Source: Eledone cirrhosa (lineage: Eukaryota). From it: a stretch of DNA of 64,000 bases. Made by a program: the position numbers and the translations under genes. Location: positions 351,788,001 to 351,852,000 of the forward strand of contig OZ024740.1 in the NCBI GenBank assembly GCA_964016885.1. The letters are read 5' to 3'. This document shows, one piece after another, positions 52,084-64,000 of this stretch; position 1 is the stretch's first letter; every line of letters begins with the position of its first letter. The notes beneath the pieces are model-generated. The model did no database searches. It saw nothing but the letters and a program-made list of their open reading frames with translations, and was not told the origin of the DNA.

Positions 52084-52433
52084 TGAATATAAATACATGT
52101 GTGTGAGAGAGAGGGAGAGAGAGAGATTGTGTGCACATATTTGGTTGTGTAACACCATGCCTAATTCCTATATCATTTTTATGTTCACTTTTTCTAGACA
52201 GGCATGGGTTGGTTGAAATACTTTGAGGCAGTATTCTGTGGTTGAATACTATTCTTGAGGCTAACCCTGATTTGTTTTTGTTTTGTATAGTTTTTTTTCA
52301 AGAAAGACTTTGGTCATACCCAAGTTTGTAGAAAACAGTGGCTCATGATGCCATATAGGGAGATCAAACCAGAAACCACATGATTAAGAAGCAAATATCT
52401 TAACCATACAGCTATGTCTGGACACAAATACAT

Positions 52434-52507
<74 letters not shown>

Positions 52508-53454
52508 CACAAACAAACACACACACATTCATACATTTATAATTCAATGCTCCTTTTCAAATTCACTATCAAATATAGATAAGACCACATGGAATTGAAA
52601 GAAGGGCTTTATTTTTACTGAGAACCAAACAAAGAAGAAAACAAACAAAAGAACACCCTACTCCCAGCCTGTACTCTGCTATCCAGCTACCCAGTTATTT
52701 CTGTTCAACACACACCTATATTGATTCACAACTGATTAAAATAGCGGCACAAAATCTACTGGAATAAATGTCTTCTTTGTTCTGATTATAAACATGCCAA
52801 AATGCATTTTTTGAAAAATAATAAACAACTGCATTAAACTGTGTATTGTGCAAGTAAAGCAGCCATAGGTTATCGAAACAGAAATAAGAGAGTGTCTTAT
52901 CTTATATATGGGGGAGTTAGATATGTTTCTTCTTTCTATCGTTTACTATAGTTAGGTTAGGAGGTAGAATCAGTGTGTATGATCTTTGAAGGCTCTCACA
53001 CACACACTGATGACAATTTGGTTTTTATACTGTTAAGTCAAGTTGTTCCTATAACCATTTTCAGGGCCTCTGGGACTGGTAGGAAGATAGAAGGTATCCT
53101 AAAACCAGAGAACTGATCTGAATGTTTGAAATAGCATGAACTCCACTAAAAGCACCTAAGGACTAGGTGAGGGTGTTAAACCAGGTGATGGTTTAAACCT
53201 GCCATTCAAGTAGACTACATAAAAATTTGAACTCAGAACACAAACAGATAAAACAATAACTGTAAGATATCTTGTTTGACATTTTAACTGCCCTAAACTG
53301 ATACTTCACTTCATCAGCCCTGAAAGGATGAAAAGCAAAGTTGACCTTGGTGGGATTTTATCTCAAACTGCAGAAACAAAAACTACAAGTTATTTTGTCC
53401 AGTGCTTTAACAATTCTGCCAGGTCACTGGTAGGTGTTGAGTTTCTGCAGGAAA

Positions 53455-54480
53455 AACAAAACAAACTCAGAAGCTGTTGATTATATATGGAGATTTACAG
53501 CCAGAAGCTGATATCAACTGGTTGTACTTGAAGAGGGATCAGAGTGGAAGAGGTTTAATTAGTGTAGAAGATTGTGTACAGATGGAATGCAGCAACTTAT
53601 TTGACTATTTGCAGAATAGCACAGAAACCTTACTAAAAGCAGTGAGTAAAGAACAGGAGATCAAGACTGGAAAGGGTGAAAAGGACAAAAATTAAATCTG
53701 AAGAGAGCTTGTGGAACAGATTGAAGAGAAACTTTTGTATGGTCAGTTTTGGAAACTACTGAAGATGAATGTGGAAGAAAATCCTGGGCTTGGTTGAAAA
53801 AGGAACAATTGACAAAAGGAAATGTAGAACCTTATTGTAGTGGTTCAAGATCAAGTACTGCAAACAAATAACTTGAGAAAATATATGTATGGGTATCAGT
53901 AAAATGTAGAGTATGTGGAAATTAAAATGAAAAAGTGGCATGCATTGTTGCAGAATGACCCAAGTTAACACAGAGAAAATATAAGAAATGGAGATATGAT
54001 CAAGTTGTGAAAGTTTTACATAGGAAGCTTTGACAGAAATGGGTGTTTGAAGCAGAAAGAATGTGGTACAATCAACTGGTAGAATGAGTGCTTGAGTTGG
54101 AAACATGGATGATTTTGTGGGGTTTTCCTATTTAAATCAATAAAAAGATGAAACATAAGTTAGATGTTACATTAAAAGACGAGGTAAATTGAATTAATAT
54201 ACTGATTGATCTGATATGTCCGTTTGTTACTAGGATCATAAAGAAAGCAGATGAAAAGTTGGAAAACTACAACTCCTTAAAATTTGAGATTGTGAGCATT
54301 TGGAACCCAAAATTTGTAAAGAGTGTGAAAGTGATAATCAGTGAGAGCTTCTACAGGTTTGCTTCTTGGGAATAGGTAGATCATCAGAGGGTTTTGAGCA
54401 CTTGATGGTGTATTAAAATCATGTGGATACCTAAGCTTACAGGTAGTAACCTGCTACCTACATAAATCTCCCCAAGAATA
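53455..54480 (+). pseudogene. Decayed R4/Dong-like (RLE-type) non-LTR retrotransposon 3' part
   Basis: LQPEADINWLYLKRDQSGRGLISVEDCV resembles the HP.AD..RLY..R..GGRGL.S.EDC motif. Many stops and frameshifts downstream. Confidence 0.7.
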
Positions 54481-55672
54481 ATATCAATCCCGAGTCAAAA
54501 AAGAAAGTAATAATTTCTTTGTGTACCAATGAGAATTTTTGAACAACATTATTTTAATTATATATGTCTACTACAAATAATTTTATGGAGAAAATTATGT
54601 ATATATATATGTATGTGTTATATGTGTTTTTGTCCAGGTTACTGCTGTTCTTATTCATATTAGTAAACAATAAATATGAAGATACCTTTTTTTTTTCTTA
54701 TAATTATTTCAAAATTTCTATATTTTATTTTTAAAATATCAAAATCGTAATGATAATAGAATTTAGAAATGAAAATCTGTCAATCTTGAAGCACTTTAGG
54801 ATAAACAATATTCATTGTGTAATTCATGTATGTGTAGATGTGTGTGTGTGTGTATTTAATAACGTACCTAATGAACGTGCAAACACACACACACACACAA
54901 ACACATACATATTCATATACAAAATGTGACATCCTATTATTTTAATCCAAATGAAAATAAAAATGATCACACATACACACACACATATACACTCACACAC
55001 ACACATATACTAAGACATACAGACAAATATAATTCACGCACACCTGTCTGTCATCACATATGTATCTGTATGTGTAGATGTGCATGTTTAATTATCTGTG
55101 TGCACACTCATATACAAAATGTGACGTTGTCATGGTGGTGGTGGTTTACTATAGTTGATTAAAGAAAATATCGTTATGTCAGTCAACACACATACACCCT
55201 CACACACACATACATTCACATACATATACTAAGACAGACACATACACATACAAAATGTGACATCTACTCTCACACATACACTCACACACATTATGTGTAT
55301 GTATGTGTAGATGTGTGTGTGTTTAATTCTCTGAGACCTAACATACATAACGAACGCACAAACACACACACACATACTTACAGACACAAACACACTCATA
55401 TACAAAATGTGAGTCGTCGTCATTGTCGTTTACTATAGTTGACTATAAAATATTATTTTAGATAAAATATTATATTGTTTTAATCCAAATGAAAATGAAA
55501 ATAAAAATTACATGTTGACACTCCCAGGGTCTAATACTACCTTGTAAAATTTGATTTGATTTGGTCCAGCCATTAGAGAATGCATAGGAACAGACAGACA
55601 GAGAGACAAAGAATTTTATATATATATATATATCATCATTGTTTAACGGCTATCTTCCACACTAGCATGGGT

Positions 55673-55708
<36 letters not shown>

Positions 55709-56249
55709 ATTCTTGAAATAAAAAAGTTATATTATATGTTTATATTTCTTCCCTTGTCAGGAGCCTATCCTCTATTCTTAAGCAAAATAAATAAATAAAT
55801 AAAATCTGACTTTTTCACATTTTTTTACCCTGCATTGTTTATTAAACAAATTTGCGTGCCATAACTCATGAGTTTATTAGGCTTCATATAGTTTTCCTGA
55901 CTTGGTAAACATATAAATTTATGACAGCTGTAAATGGTTTCACACCTGGAAATATTTATTCTTTTTACACTTATATTTGGTTTTCCTTCAATGTGATATC
56001 CATCTAAACCTTATTTAATAAACATAAGGATGTTTGATCAGAATAGACCTAGAGCTAAACAACAACATACTGTATGAGAGAATACTTAGTCTTCATGTTA
56101 CAGTTCAAGAGAAGGTTATCTAGAGTGACTTTCTGTTATTTTCTCCAGCCCAGTCAACAATACAAGCAACAAGCAACTCATCATGTGTTGGGCATGTCTA
56201 CCCCAACATAGTATCTTATAACTTGGTGTGATCCACTGTTATATCTTTT

Positions 56250-56599
56250 GTGAAGGCATGTGGCTTTGTGGTTAGGGAATTGAGCTTTATGATTGTATGG
56301 TCGTGAGTTTGATTCTGGCGGCGCAGTGTGTCCTTGAGCAAGACACTTTATTTCACATTGTTCCAGTTCACTCAGCTGGCAAAAATGAGTAGTACCTGTA
56401 AATCGAAGGGTCCACCTTGTCACATTCTGTGTCACACTGAATCTCCCTGAGCATTCCACAAATACACGTACCCTTAACATAGTTAAGGGTACATGTGTTT
56501 GTGGAATGCTCAGCCACTTGCACGTTAATTTCACAAACAGGCTGTTCCGTTGATCAGATCAACTGGAATACTTCTAGACATAACTGACGGATTGCCTTC
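56250..56599 (+). mobile_element. Full-length tRNA-derived SINE family B with an 8-bp TSD (other copies about 10700-11040, 11081-11300, 35478-35745, 12350-12585 minus)
   Basis: A box tggctttgtggtta, B-box-like gagtttgattct, core tgtccttgagcaagacactttatttcac. TSD tatctttt at 56242-56249 and 56600-56607. Confidence 0.88.
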
Positions 56600-57860
56600 T
56601 ATCTTTTATGGGGTTTAATATTCTGAGATCAGTTCACCACATCTTCCCATCTGTAGGTTCCTTCTACTTTCCTTTCTTGACCCTTCATCACCCAACTGTC
56701 ATCCTTCATATGCATCACATGGTTTCAAAGTATTTACTGAGATAGAACATTTTTAAAACAGCTGCAAAACTTACTGCTGTCTGTTCCAGTTATGTTCTTA
56801 AACATTTTTTCCATTTAGTAACAACAACCATTTTACCGAATATTACATCATCATCACCACTGCTAACAAGAGTTACAGAGGTCACCACAGACTAAGCCAT
56901 TACTTAATTGGTACCATTGATATCTCAAGCTTACATTTCCACACTTTACTGAGTGTGCTGGGTGCAATTTATTGTGGGCCCCACACTAGGAAGGTTGTCA
57001 TGTCTTCTCAATTCTTTGGTTTGATAGTTTTCTATCACTAAATACCCTTCCTACTATCAACACCTTAAAGTGTATTGGGTGTATTTTATTGTGGAACCAA
57101 CACTAGCAAAGTTGTCATTCCTTTGATACAACTAAAGCGTTGACCCTTTGTTTGGCAAGTTTTCAATGACTAGATACCCTTCTGAATGCTATTTAAAATA
57201 TTTTATGCTTTAGTGTTTATCTACAATAGTTTTCTTTTCAGAACAATGATTTATCATTAAAAAGATCTATAAAATACTGCCTCAAAAGGTTTCAGCCAGC
57301 CCATGCCAGCATGGAAAGGGCTGACATAAAAACCATGGTGAAGGCATAAACGTATATGGATTTAAACTGAGACTTTGGCTGCTATTAGAGTGTCATACAC
57401 TGTGGTCCTTCTACTATAAAGCAAATAGTGGCCAAATCATCTGTATAAATATGTATATACTAACTCCACATCATATATTGACTGCTTCTTGTTTTGTTTC
57501 CAAACTAACATTTGTATATATATATATATAGGGTAGTAGCTCTCTCTCTCAAATATATATATATATATAACAAAGAAGGTGTGGTAAGATACCAGGTGGA
57601 CCAGTTCGAATCTAGCTGTGGAAATGGCCAGAGCTCAGCCGTCTTTTCCTATTATATATATATAATTCCATGGAATTATATAATAAAAGGAAGATGTACG
57701 AATAATACTGTCTCTCTTACTTATCATACTAAAACTCCAGTTTATACCATACAGAGAAAATCCTAAGGAATATAAATTGAAGAGTGCTTTACGTCTGTTT
57801 ACGAAAAAGTTGGGAGATTATTTGATCAACCAACTTTCATCAGCTGAATAATGTGTGTGC

Positions 57861-57917
<57 letters not shown>

Positions 57918-58764
57918 GGCATATATATGTACACTAAATATATATATACACAGACACAATATTTATACATACTCTGATATTCCTTACCATTTATAATCTA
58001 TGTTGCACACCCTATTCCTTTGTATCTGATATATTATAATGTTCTTTTGGCAAAAAAGAAACGAACAGAAACAAACAAACAGAAACAAACTATAAAATTA
58101 CTATTGTTGTAGTTCATGTTATATATTGTTGTAGTTCATGTTATATATTTGTTGTTGTAAGTAAAAGTGACTCATGCTAATGTGTTTGAATTAAGTGGGG
58201 ATTTGCCAGAAAATGTCACATTCTCTTATACACTGTTATTACCATAGTGGGGGGAAAGAATTGTATAAATTCGACCATCTATCGTTCTGAATGTCTGTGT
58301 TTGTGTGTGTTTGTGTGTGCGTGACTGTGTGTGTGTGTATATATGTGTATGTGCGTTTGTGCATATGTGTGTGTGTCTATATCTGTGTGTATATGTGTCT
58401 GAGTGTGTATGTTTGTCTTTGTGTGTGTTGATGTGACTGAGGTTGGTTTTTCCCATCTGTTGTATCCTTATTTAAGTGAGACAGTTGGCACCCCTTTACT
58501 GTCAATGTCATCCTATTCTTACATAATAGCAACAAATAAAAAAGAGGAAAACTTTGGCTTTTCCAAACATGTTAAAAAGGGTTTAATGAGGAATTAGTTG
58601 CTGTTATTTCCAGGTATGTGGCTCTCATGTGAATTTAAAGACCTAGTTTTCTATAATGTTTTCAAAGTGTTTAATATTTTCGTTTTTGTAGAGAGAGAAA
58701 TAAAAATTTAAACATGAATACACACATCCATTATCAGCAGCATTTACATCCATTATTTTGTGTT

Positions 58765-58927
58765 GGGCGCCATGCTTTGCCGTATAGAGTTACGGCCCTT
58801 GCCATTCTGAGTTCAAATCCTGCCAAGGTTAACTTTGCCTTTCATCCTTATGGGGGTCGATAAAATAAAGTACCAGTAATGCACTGGGATGATTGCTGGC
58901 CTTGTGCCAAAAGAAGTAACAATTATT
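58765..58927 (+). mobile_element. 5'-truncated SINE family A (further copies about 1538-1690, 19038-19218, 21925-22075 minus, 43690-43795 minus, 46238-46440)
   Basis: Matches the family A core and tail. Confidence 0.85.
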
Positions 58928-60465
58928 TTATGCTGAAACAATTCTCATTTGAAGTTAATGGACCATGTCCCACTTGAATATTCTATTTTGGCATATTATC
59001 TATGGCTGGATGTACTTCCTACTGTCAATCCCTTTATAAAAATATACCAGGTGTATTTTATCATCACCAACAGATTTATCTTATTCTCAACAAGATGAAT
59101 GAGCTCTTTTTGCTCTGCATTGTCTTGGTTTGTTCATCAACCAATTTTCACTATTTTTAGTATGACACTGACACAAGAGGGGGGTATCCGGTTCCTAGTA
59201 AAACTAAAGCGTCTTCTGTATTTTATGTTGTCTCTGTTCTTTCACCAATATGAGAAGGCTGTTTCATCCTTGGTAAGACAAAAGAGAGTCTTCTCTTCCC
59301 TGCATCTTTCACAAATAGTTGTAGAAAGAGAGCCAAAGAAGTGAGAGTAATTGAAGAAGGAATGAGAGAGTGATAGCTATGCAATGGCTGTTAGTAAGGA
59401 GATTGGATAGAAGCAGCATGATCAAGAGGTGTTACCGGGGAGAGTAATGAAAGAGAACCACAATGAGAAGGGGGTGAGAGAGAGAGTGTGTGATAGTTAC
59501 ATGAGGATTATTGATAAAGACACTAGGTAGAAACAGCATAAGTGGTGTGATGGAGGAAAAGAAAGTGCTAGGAAGGAGACTGAGTGTTTGAAGATGGAGT
59601 ATTGAAAGTGAGAGAGAGATGTGGGAGAGAGAGAGTAATGGTAAGAGAGTGGTGCACTACACAGGAGGCAGAGGGAGACAGCATGGAGATGGCTTGCACA
59701 CTCTTGATCAAGGGTCTGCTGGATCAAAGGTAACCCAGACTAAACAACAACAAAGTATAGAAAAAAAAGAAAATAATGAGAAACTATTTAAAAATTGGAT
59801 TCATCATCATCATTTTATGTCCATTTTTCCATGCTAGAATGGGTTAGACGAGTTGTCCTGTTGTGGGCAATGCTAGGTCAGGTGACCATGTCTTGCACTT
59901 ACAGAACTGATTTTGGCTTGGTTGCTACAGCTGGATGCCCTTTCTAATGCTAACCTCATTTACAATGAGTACGAGGTGCTTTTTGTAGTGTCACCAACAT
60001 GACCACTTTACAGTGTGGACTTTCAACAAGGCTAACATAATTTTTTTTTAAGAGTGACAATTGTCAGGATCATTAAAGTGTCAGATGAAATCCATTGAAA
60101 TTTTTCTTTCACCTTTTTATATTCTATTTCAAAACCCACCAATGTGAACTTTGTCTATCATCCATCCGAGAGTGAAGTAGTGGAGCCAATATTATCTCCT
60201 AATCTTTGCCCCTATGCTCCACTTGCCATCCTCATCACTCACCATTTGAAAAAGATGTCCTATTCCTGAAATATCATGAAATATATGGTAATAGTCTAAA
60301 CTGTTGTTTTGTTTGTCTTACTTTACTCTAGTTTTCACTCCTTTATTTCTAGCTTGCATTACAATGGCCTTCTCAAAACAATCCTAACCACATTTCACAA
60401 TGTTTCAGATAAACTAATTATTTATTTCATTTTTGTTTCCATTATTAGTATAAAAAAGGGCTTAC

Positions 60466-60528
60466 CATCTGCTTCTTGTCTTAAGTCTGGTGCCCCTATA
60501 TCTGGTGCAGGGTGGTAGTGGACAGTTT
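60466..60528 (-). CDS. GRIP1: GRIP-like gene, candidate upstream coding exon (63 nt, phase 1-1): (E)TVHYHPAPDIGAPDLRQEAD
   Basis: Acceptor ttcttattgtttgttccag| and donor G|gtaagc. The open phase-1 frame joins exon 33556-33485 in frame (GAT G|AA GAA = D-E-E). It occupies the position of the poorly conserved pre-PDZ1 exon; no homology recognised. Confidence 0.65.
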
Positions 60529-60824
60529 CTGGAACAAACAATAAGAAATGGTAAATATTTAAATTAAAACACTAGCTCAAAGATATATATATATACATCC
60601 GGTGCAAATATAGATAGTGTTTGTGTATATATGCACACACATACATATATACAGGATGGAAATGAACCTGAATAATGAAATGTAAGTTAAAACTATAAGA
60701 AATATATTAAATATTTACTGTAGCAGAAGTATTCATTTTTTTAAACTTTATTTGTAGAATTACCTTGTATTTATAAATACTTATGAACGTACAACAACCA
60801 ATCTGCCTACCAACACACACACAC

Positions 60825-60887
<63 letters not shown>

Positions 60888-61884
60888 GAGTGTATGTATA
60901 TGCACATTAGCACAAACATATATTGTAAATGTAAGCAACAATTTTCCCTTCTCAAGAGATTCACACCGACAGGGTTTCATCACTTTATACTGCTTGCTTA
61001 CCAATCACCAAATATAGTGAAAATGAGGATTAACTTTTTCATTACCATATTTCTAATGAAATAGTCAAGAATTTGAAGTAATTTAACTTCCTAATTATCA
61101 AGCTGGTGTATTTAAGGTTCTTACATAAAATTATAGTGGAAGGGATTTTTAGATAAATATAAACAGGTTTATATTGTAGAACTATCGGTGGTTTCAGGCA
61201 GTTTAGTATTGAAAGGGTTAATATTATCCCCATCATAGCTATTATGGTGTGGTAAATTGGCAGAATCATGAGAGCATCTGACAAAAAACCCAGCAATATT
61301 TCTTCCAGCTTCTTATATTCTGAGTTCAAATCCTGCCAAGTTCAACTTTATATATCATCCTACCAAAGTTGATAGAATAAAATACCAGTCATATAATAGG
61401 GTTGATATAATCAAGTGTTCCCCTCCCCACAAATTTCTGGCCTAGTGTCTATGGAAGAAATCATCATTATCATCATGATGTTGGTAATGATTGTGACAAT
61501 ATAATGATTAGTGCATTTTATGTAAAGCTAAAAATTGAGTCTAAGAAAATGTATGGTGATCTGTGTTGACAAAAGTTATACAGGGAAGTTTGTGATTTTT
61601 TACTTATTTGGTGTCATGAGGAGAAAAGGGGGCTAAAGTTTTGGGGCTGCCTCTGTCTGAGAGACAAAAAACAACTTATTTTTGAACTGAAAAATTGTTT
61701 TCTCACACAAAAAGACAGTTTTAGAGCATGAGCGTTCTCTCCTCTTCATAGCATTCACATTTATCCAACCTTAACTTTATACAATGAGAGTTTGGCATCT
61801 CTATGTTACAAGTTCAAATTCCAATGAGGTCGAGGAGAAAAGTAGCAATAAAGAATTAAGTTTGAATTCATGATCCCTCTACTG

Positions 61885-62110
61885 TCCCTTGGCGTGGTAA
61901 TGAATCCCACCACAATTCCTTGTCTAAAACCATCCTTCAGGGCACAGTTGAGACAGGATGAAGGAGAAGCAGACAACATGAAAGACTGGACTGATCACAG
62001 CACCAATACCCTTCTACATATGACCGAGAATAGAGACCAGTGGTGATGGCTGACTGTGAAAGTATATAAAGTGTCACCCCAGTGACTGGCTACACCAGTT
62101 GCAGGAACAT
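61885..62110 (+). mobile_element. Decayed RTE LINE 3' fragment
   Basis: HNSLSKTILQGTVETG*RRSRQ resembles RTE H.SL.KTILQGTVEG.RRRGRQ. Confidence 0.6.
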
Positions 62111-62652
62111 GATCGATTGAGTGATTGATACTGCTCCTTATATAGTCAGTATTGTACATAATAAAAAAAAAATGATTGATAACAATTGTATCTTCAAAGA
62201 AATAGAGAAAACACTTTATCTCAGAACATGCAATACAATAAGCTCAAGGCTTGGATTTGAATTCTTGACCAAAATCTCATCAGCATAGTTTTAACATCAA
62301 TTTTGTTTTCTATATTGATATAATGTGGGTAGTACTGCACTATTACATTGATTTATTGCAGACAGTAAATGTTTAGTTAATGTTATTAATGTGTTCTTGA
62401 ATAATGTAACAACTTTTATTAAATATGACCATACAAGAAGGACGACAACCAAGGACATGAAAAACCACAGCCAATCCACTGGCCAATACTACACAAAACA
62501 AAGTCATGCAGCAAGAATTATGTCTCGAGTTTGTTTTTCTTTTTTCTTATTGCTTATTGCAGTAAATCTCTAATTATTCTTCAATATTTATTTTATTAAT
62601 GAAGCAATTTGAAATGAAAGCAATCAAATTAGAATCAATCAGGGTTTTTTAT

Positions 62653-62788
<136 letters not shown>

Positions 62789-62792
62789 CACA

Positions 62793-63113
62793 TGGAGGCA
62801 CATGGCTTAGTGGTTAGAGCATTGGGCTTGCAAGCGAAAGGTTGTGAGTTCAATTCTCAGACCGGGTGATGTGTTGTTTCCTTGAGCAAGACACTTTATT
62901 TCACATTGCTCCAGTTTACTCTGCTGTAGAAATGAGATGATAGGGTCTGGGGTCCCTATCATTCCACTGCAAAGTTCCACTGCCACGGAAAAAAAGCACC
63001 CAGCACTCACTGTAAATGAGGTTGGTGTTAGGAAGGGCATCCAGCTGTAGAAATCAAGCCCATCCCACCCTTGCAAGCAGGGAAAAGCGGACGTATGATG
63101 ATGATGATGATGA
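62793..63113 (+). mobile_element. SINE with a family B head and an RTE-derived tail (reverse partial copy 12012-12250)
   Basis: tRNA-like head tggcttagtggttagagc...gagttcaattc plus core, then ttaggaagggcatccagctgtagaaa...cttgcaagcagggaaaagcggacgta(tga)n. The last part matches the RTE end at 5299-5345. Confidence 0.85.
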
Positions 63114-64000
63114 TATATATATATATATATATATATGGGTAATACAGAAGACATGCCTTCCCATGCACACAGACTCAAACATACATCTAGTAGGCAACTC
63201 TTAACCTCTAAACCCCACCCACCAACTCCTGTCCACACCACACTTACACTGTGAACAAAATATATCCAGCCCACACTATAAAGTGGTTGTGTAGGTCTCA
63301 GCCACACTGTAAAGTGGTCATGTAGGAGACACAACAAAAAACAGCCAGCACACTGTTAGACAACCCGTCCAACCCATGCTAACATGGACGTTAAATGATG
63401 ATGATGATAATATATATATGAAAAAATTCAGCCCTAGAAAACTTGCCAAACAGAGGACTCTTCAGCTGTGCCATAGGCATTATAAATGACCGCCAAGTAC
63501 ATGCTGTAAAGTAGTTGGTGATATGAAGGGCATAGAAAACCTGTCAAATAAAGAGTTAGAAAGACTTTTCAGCTATGCTAAAGACATGACAACTTCCCTA
63601 GTGTTGATGCCACGATAAAATGTATTTGGTAGAACGTGGGATCATATGTATTGTCCCTGGTTCAGCTTAAGTACCAATCATTTCTAGCAGAGAAAACTGT
63701 TGTTAAACAATTCTGCTGATGAATCTTGGCAGTAAATTTTATTTAGTTATTAGAACATCAGATTAAATACCTAGGTATATGTTTCTGCATTCTGAGTTCA
63801 AATCCTGTCAAGCTCAACTTTGCCTTTTGACAACTTTGCCTTTTGACCTTTTGGGGTCAATAAATAAAGTACTATTGGTGAAATTGTTGAAGAATTGGAT
63901 GGGATGCTTTGCAATATCTGATTCAGTGCTGTGCATTCTGAGGTCAAATCTTATTTCCTTCTGTTAGGAGTTGTGACCAGCAGATAATATCAGCTACGGA

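Noticed and set aside
62240-62290. Further CTGA(T/A)GA motifs (62283 minus, 41497, 50030 minus, 13041, 20762, 63716)
   Set aside because: They lack a proper stem II followed by GAAA, or a stem III and cleavage triplet; consistent with chance or heavy decay.

Overview
AT-rich eukaryotic genomic DNA. The SINE/LINE families and microsatellite density suggest a coleoid cephalopod, most likely Octopus (inferred from repeat content, not verified). The window lies inside one large minus-strand gene, a GRIP1/GRIP2-like multi-PDZ scaffold. Seven small GT-AG exons splice in frame (60528-60466, 33556-33485, 20977-20914, 18099-17954, 9790-9628, 5769-5624, 4516-4369) and encode an N-terminal stretch, PDZ1, PDZ2 and the first half of PDZ3. 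The start codon and 3' exons were not found and probably lie outside the window. The introns hold tRNA-derived SINEs (often in tandem), RTE, CR1/L2, Tx1/L1 and R4/Dong-like LINE fragments, a non-autonomous Helitron, hAT-, piggyBac- and Tc1/mariner-type MITEs, a 32-bp minisatellite and many microsatellites. The most unusual signals are several minimal type I hammerhead-ribozyme-like motifs, some on the gene's sense strand and several inside fold-back or (TA)n-flanked elements, and a (TA)n-flanked 260-bp tandem unit carrying a complete tRNA-like cloverleaf that resembles Penelope-associated retrozyme/Sm-alpha-type elements. Almost all short ORFs in the supplied track are spurious.
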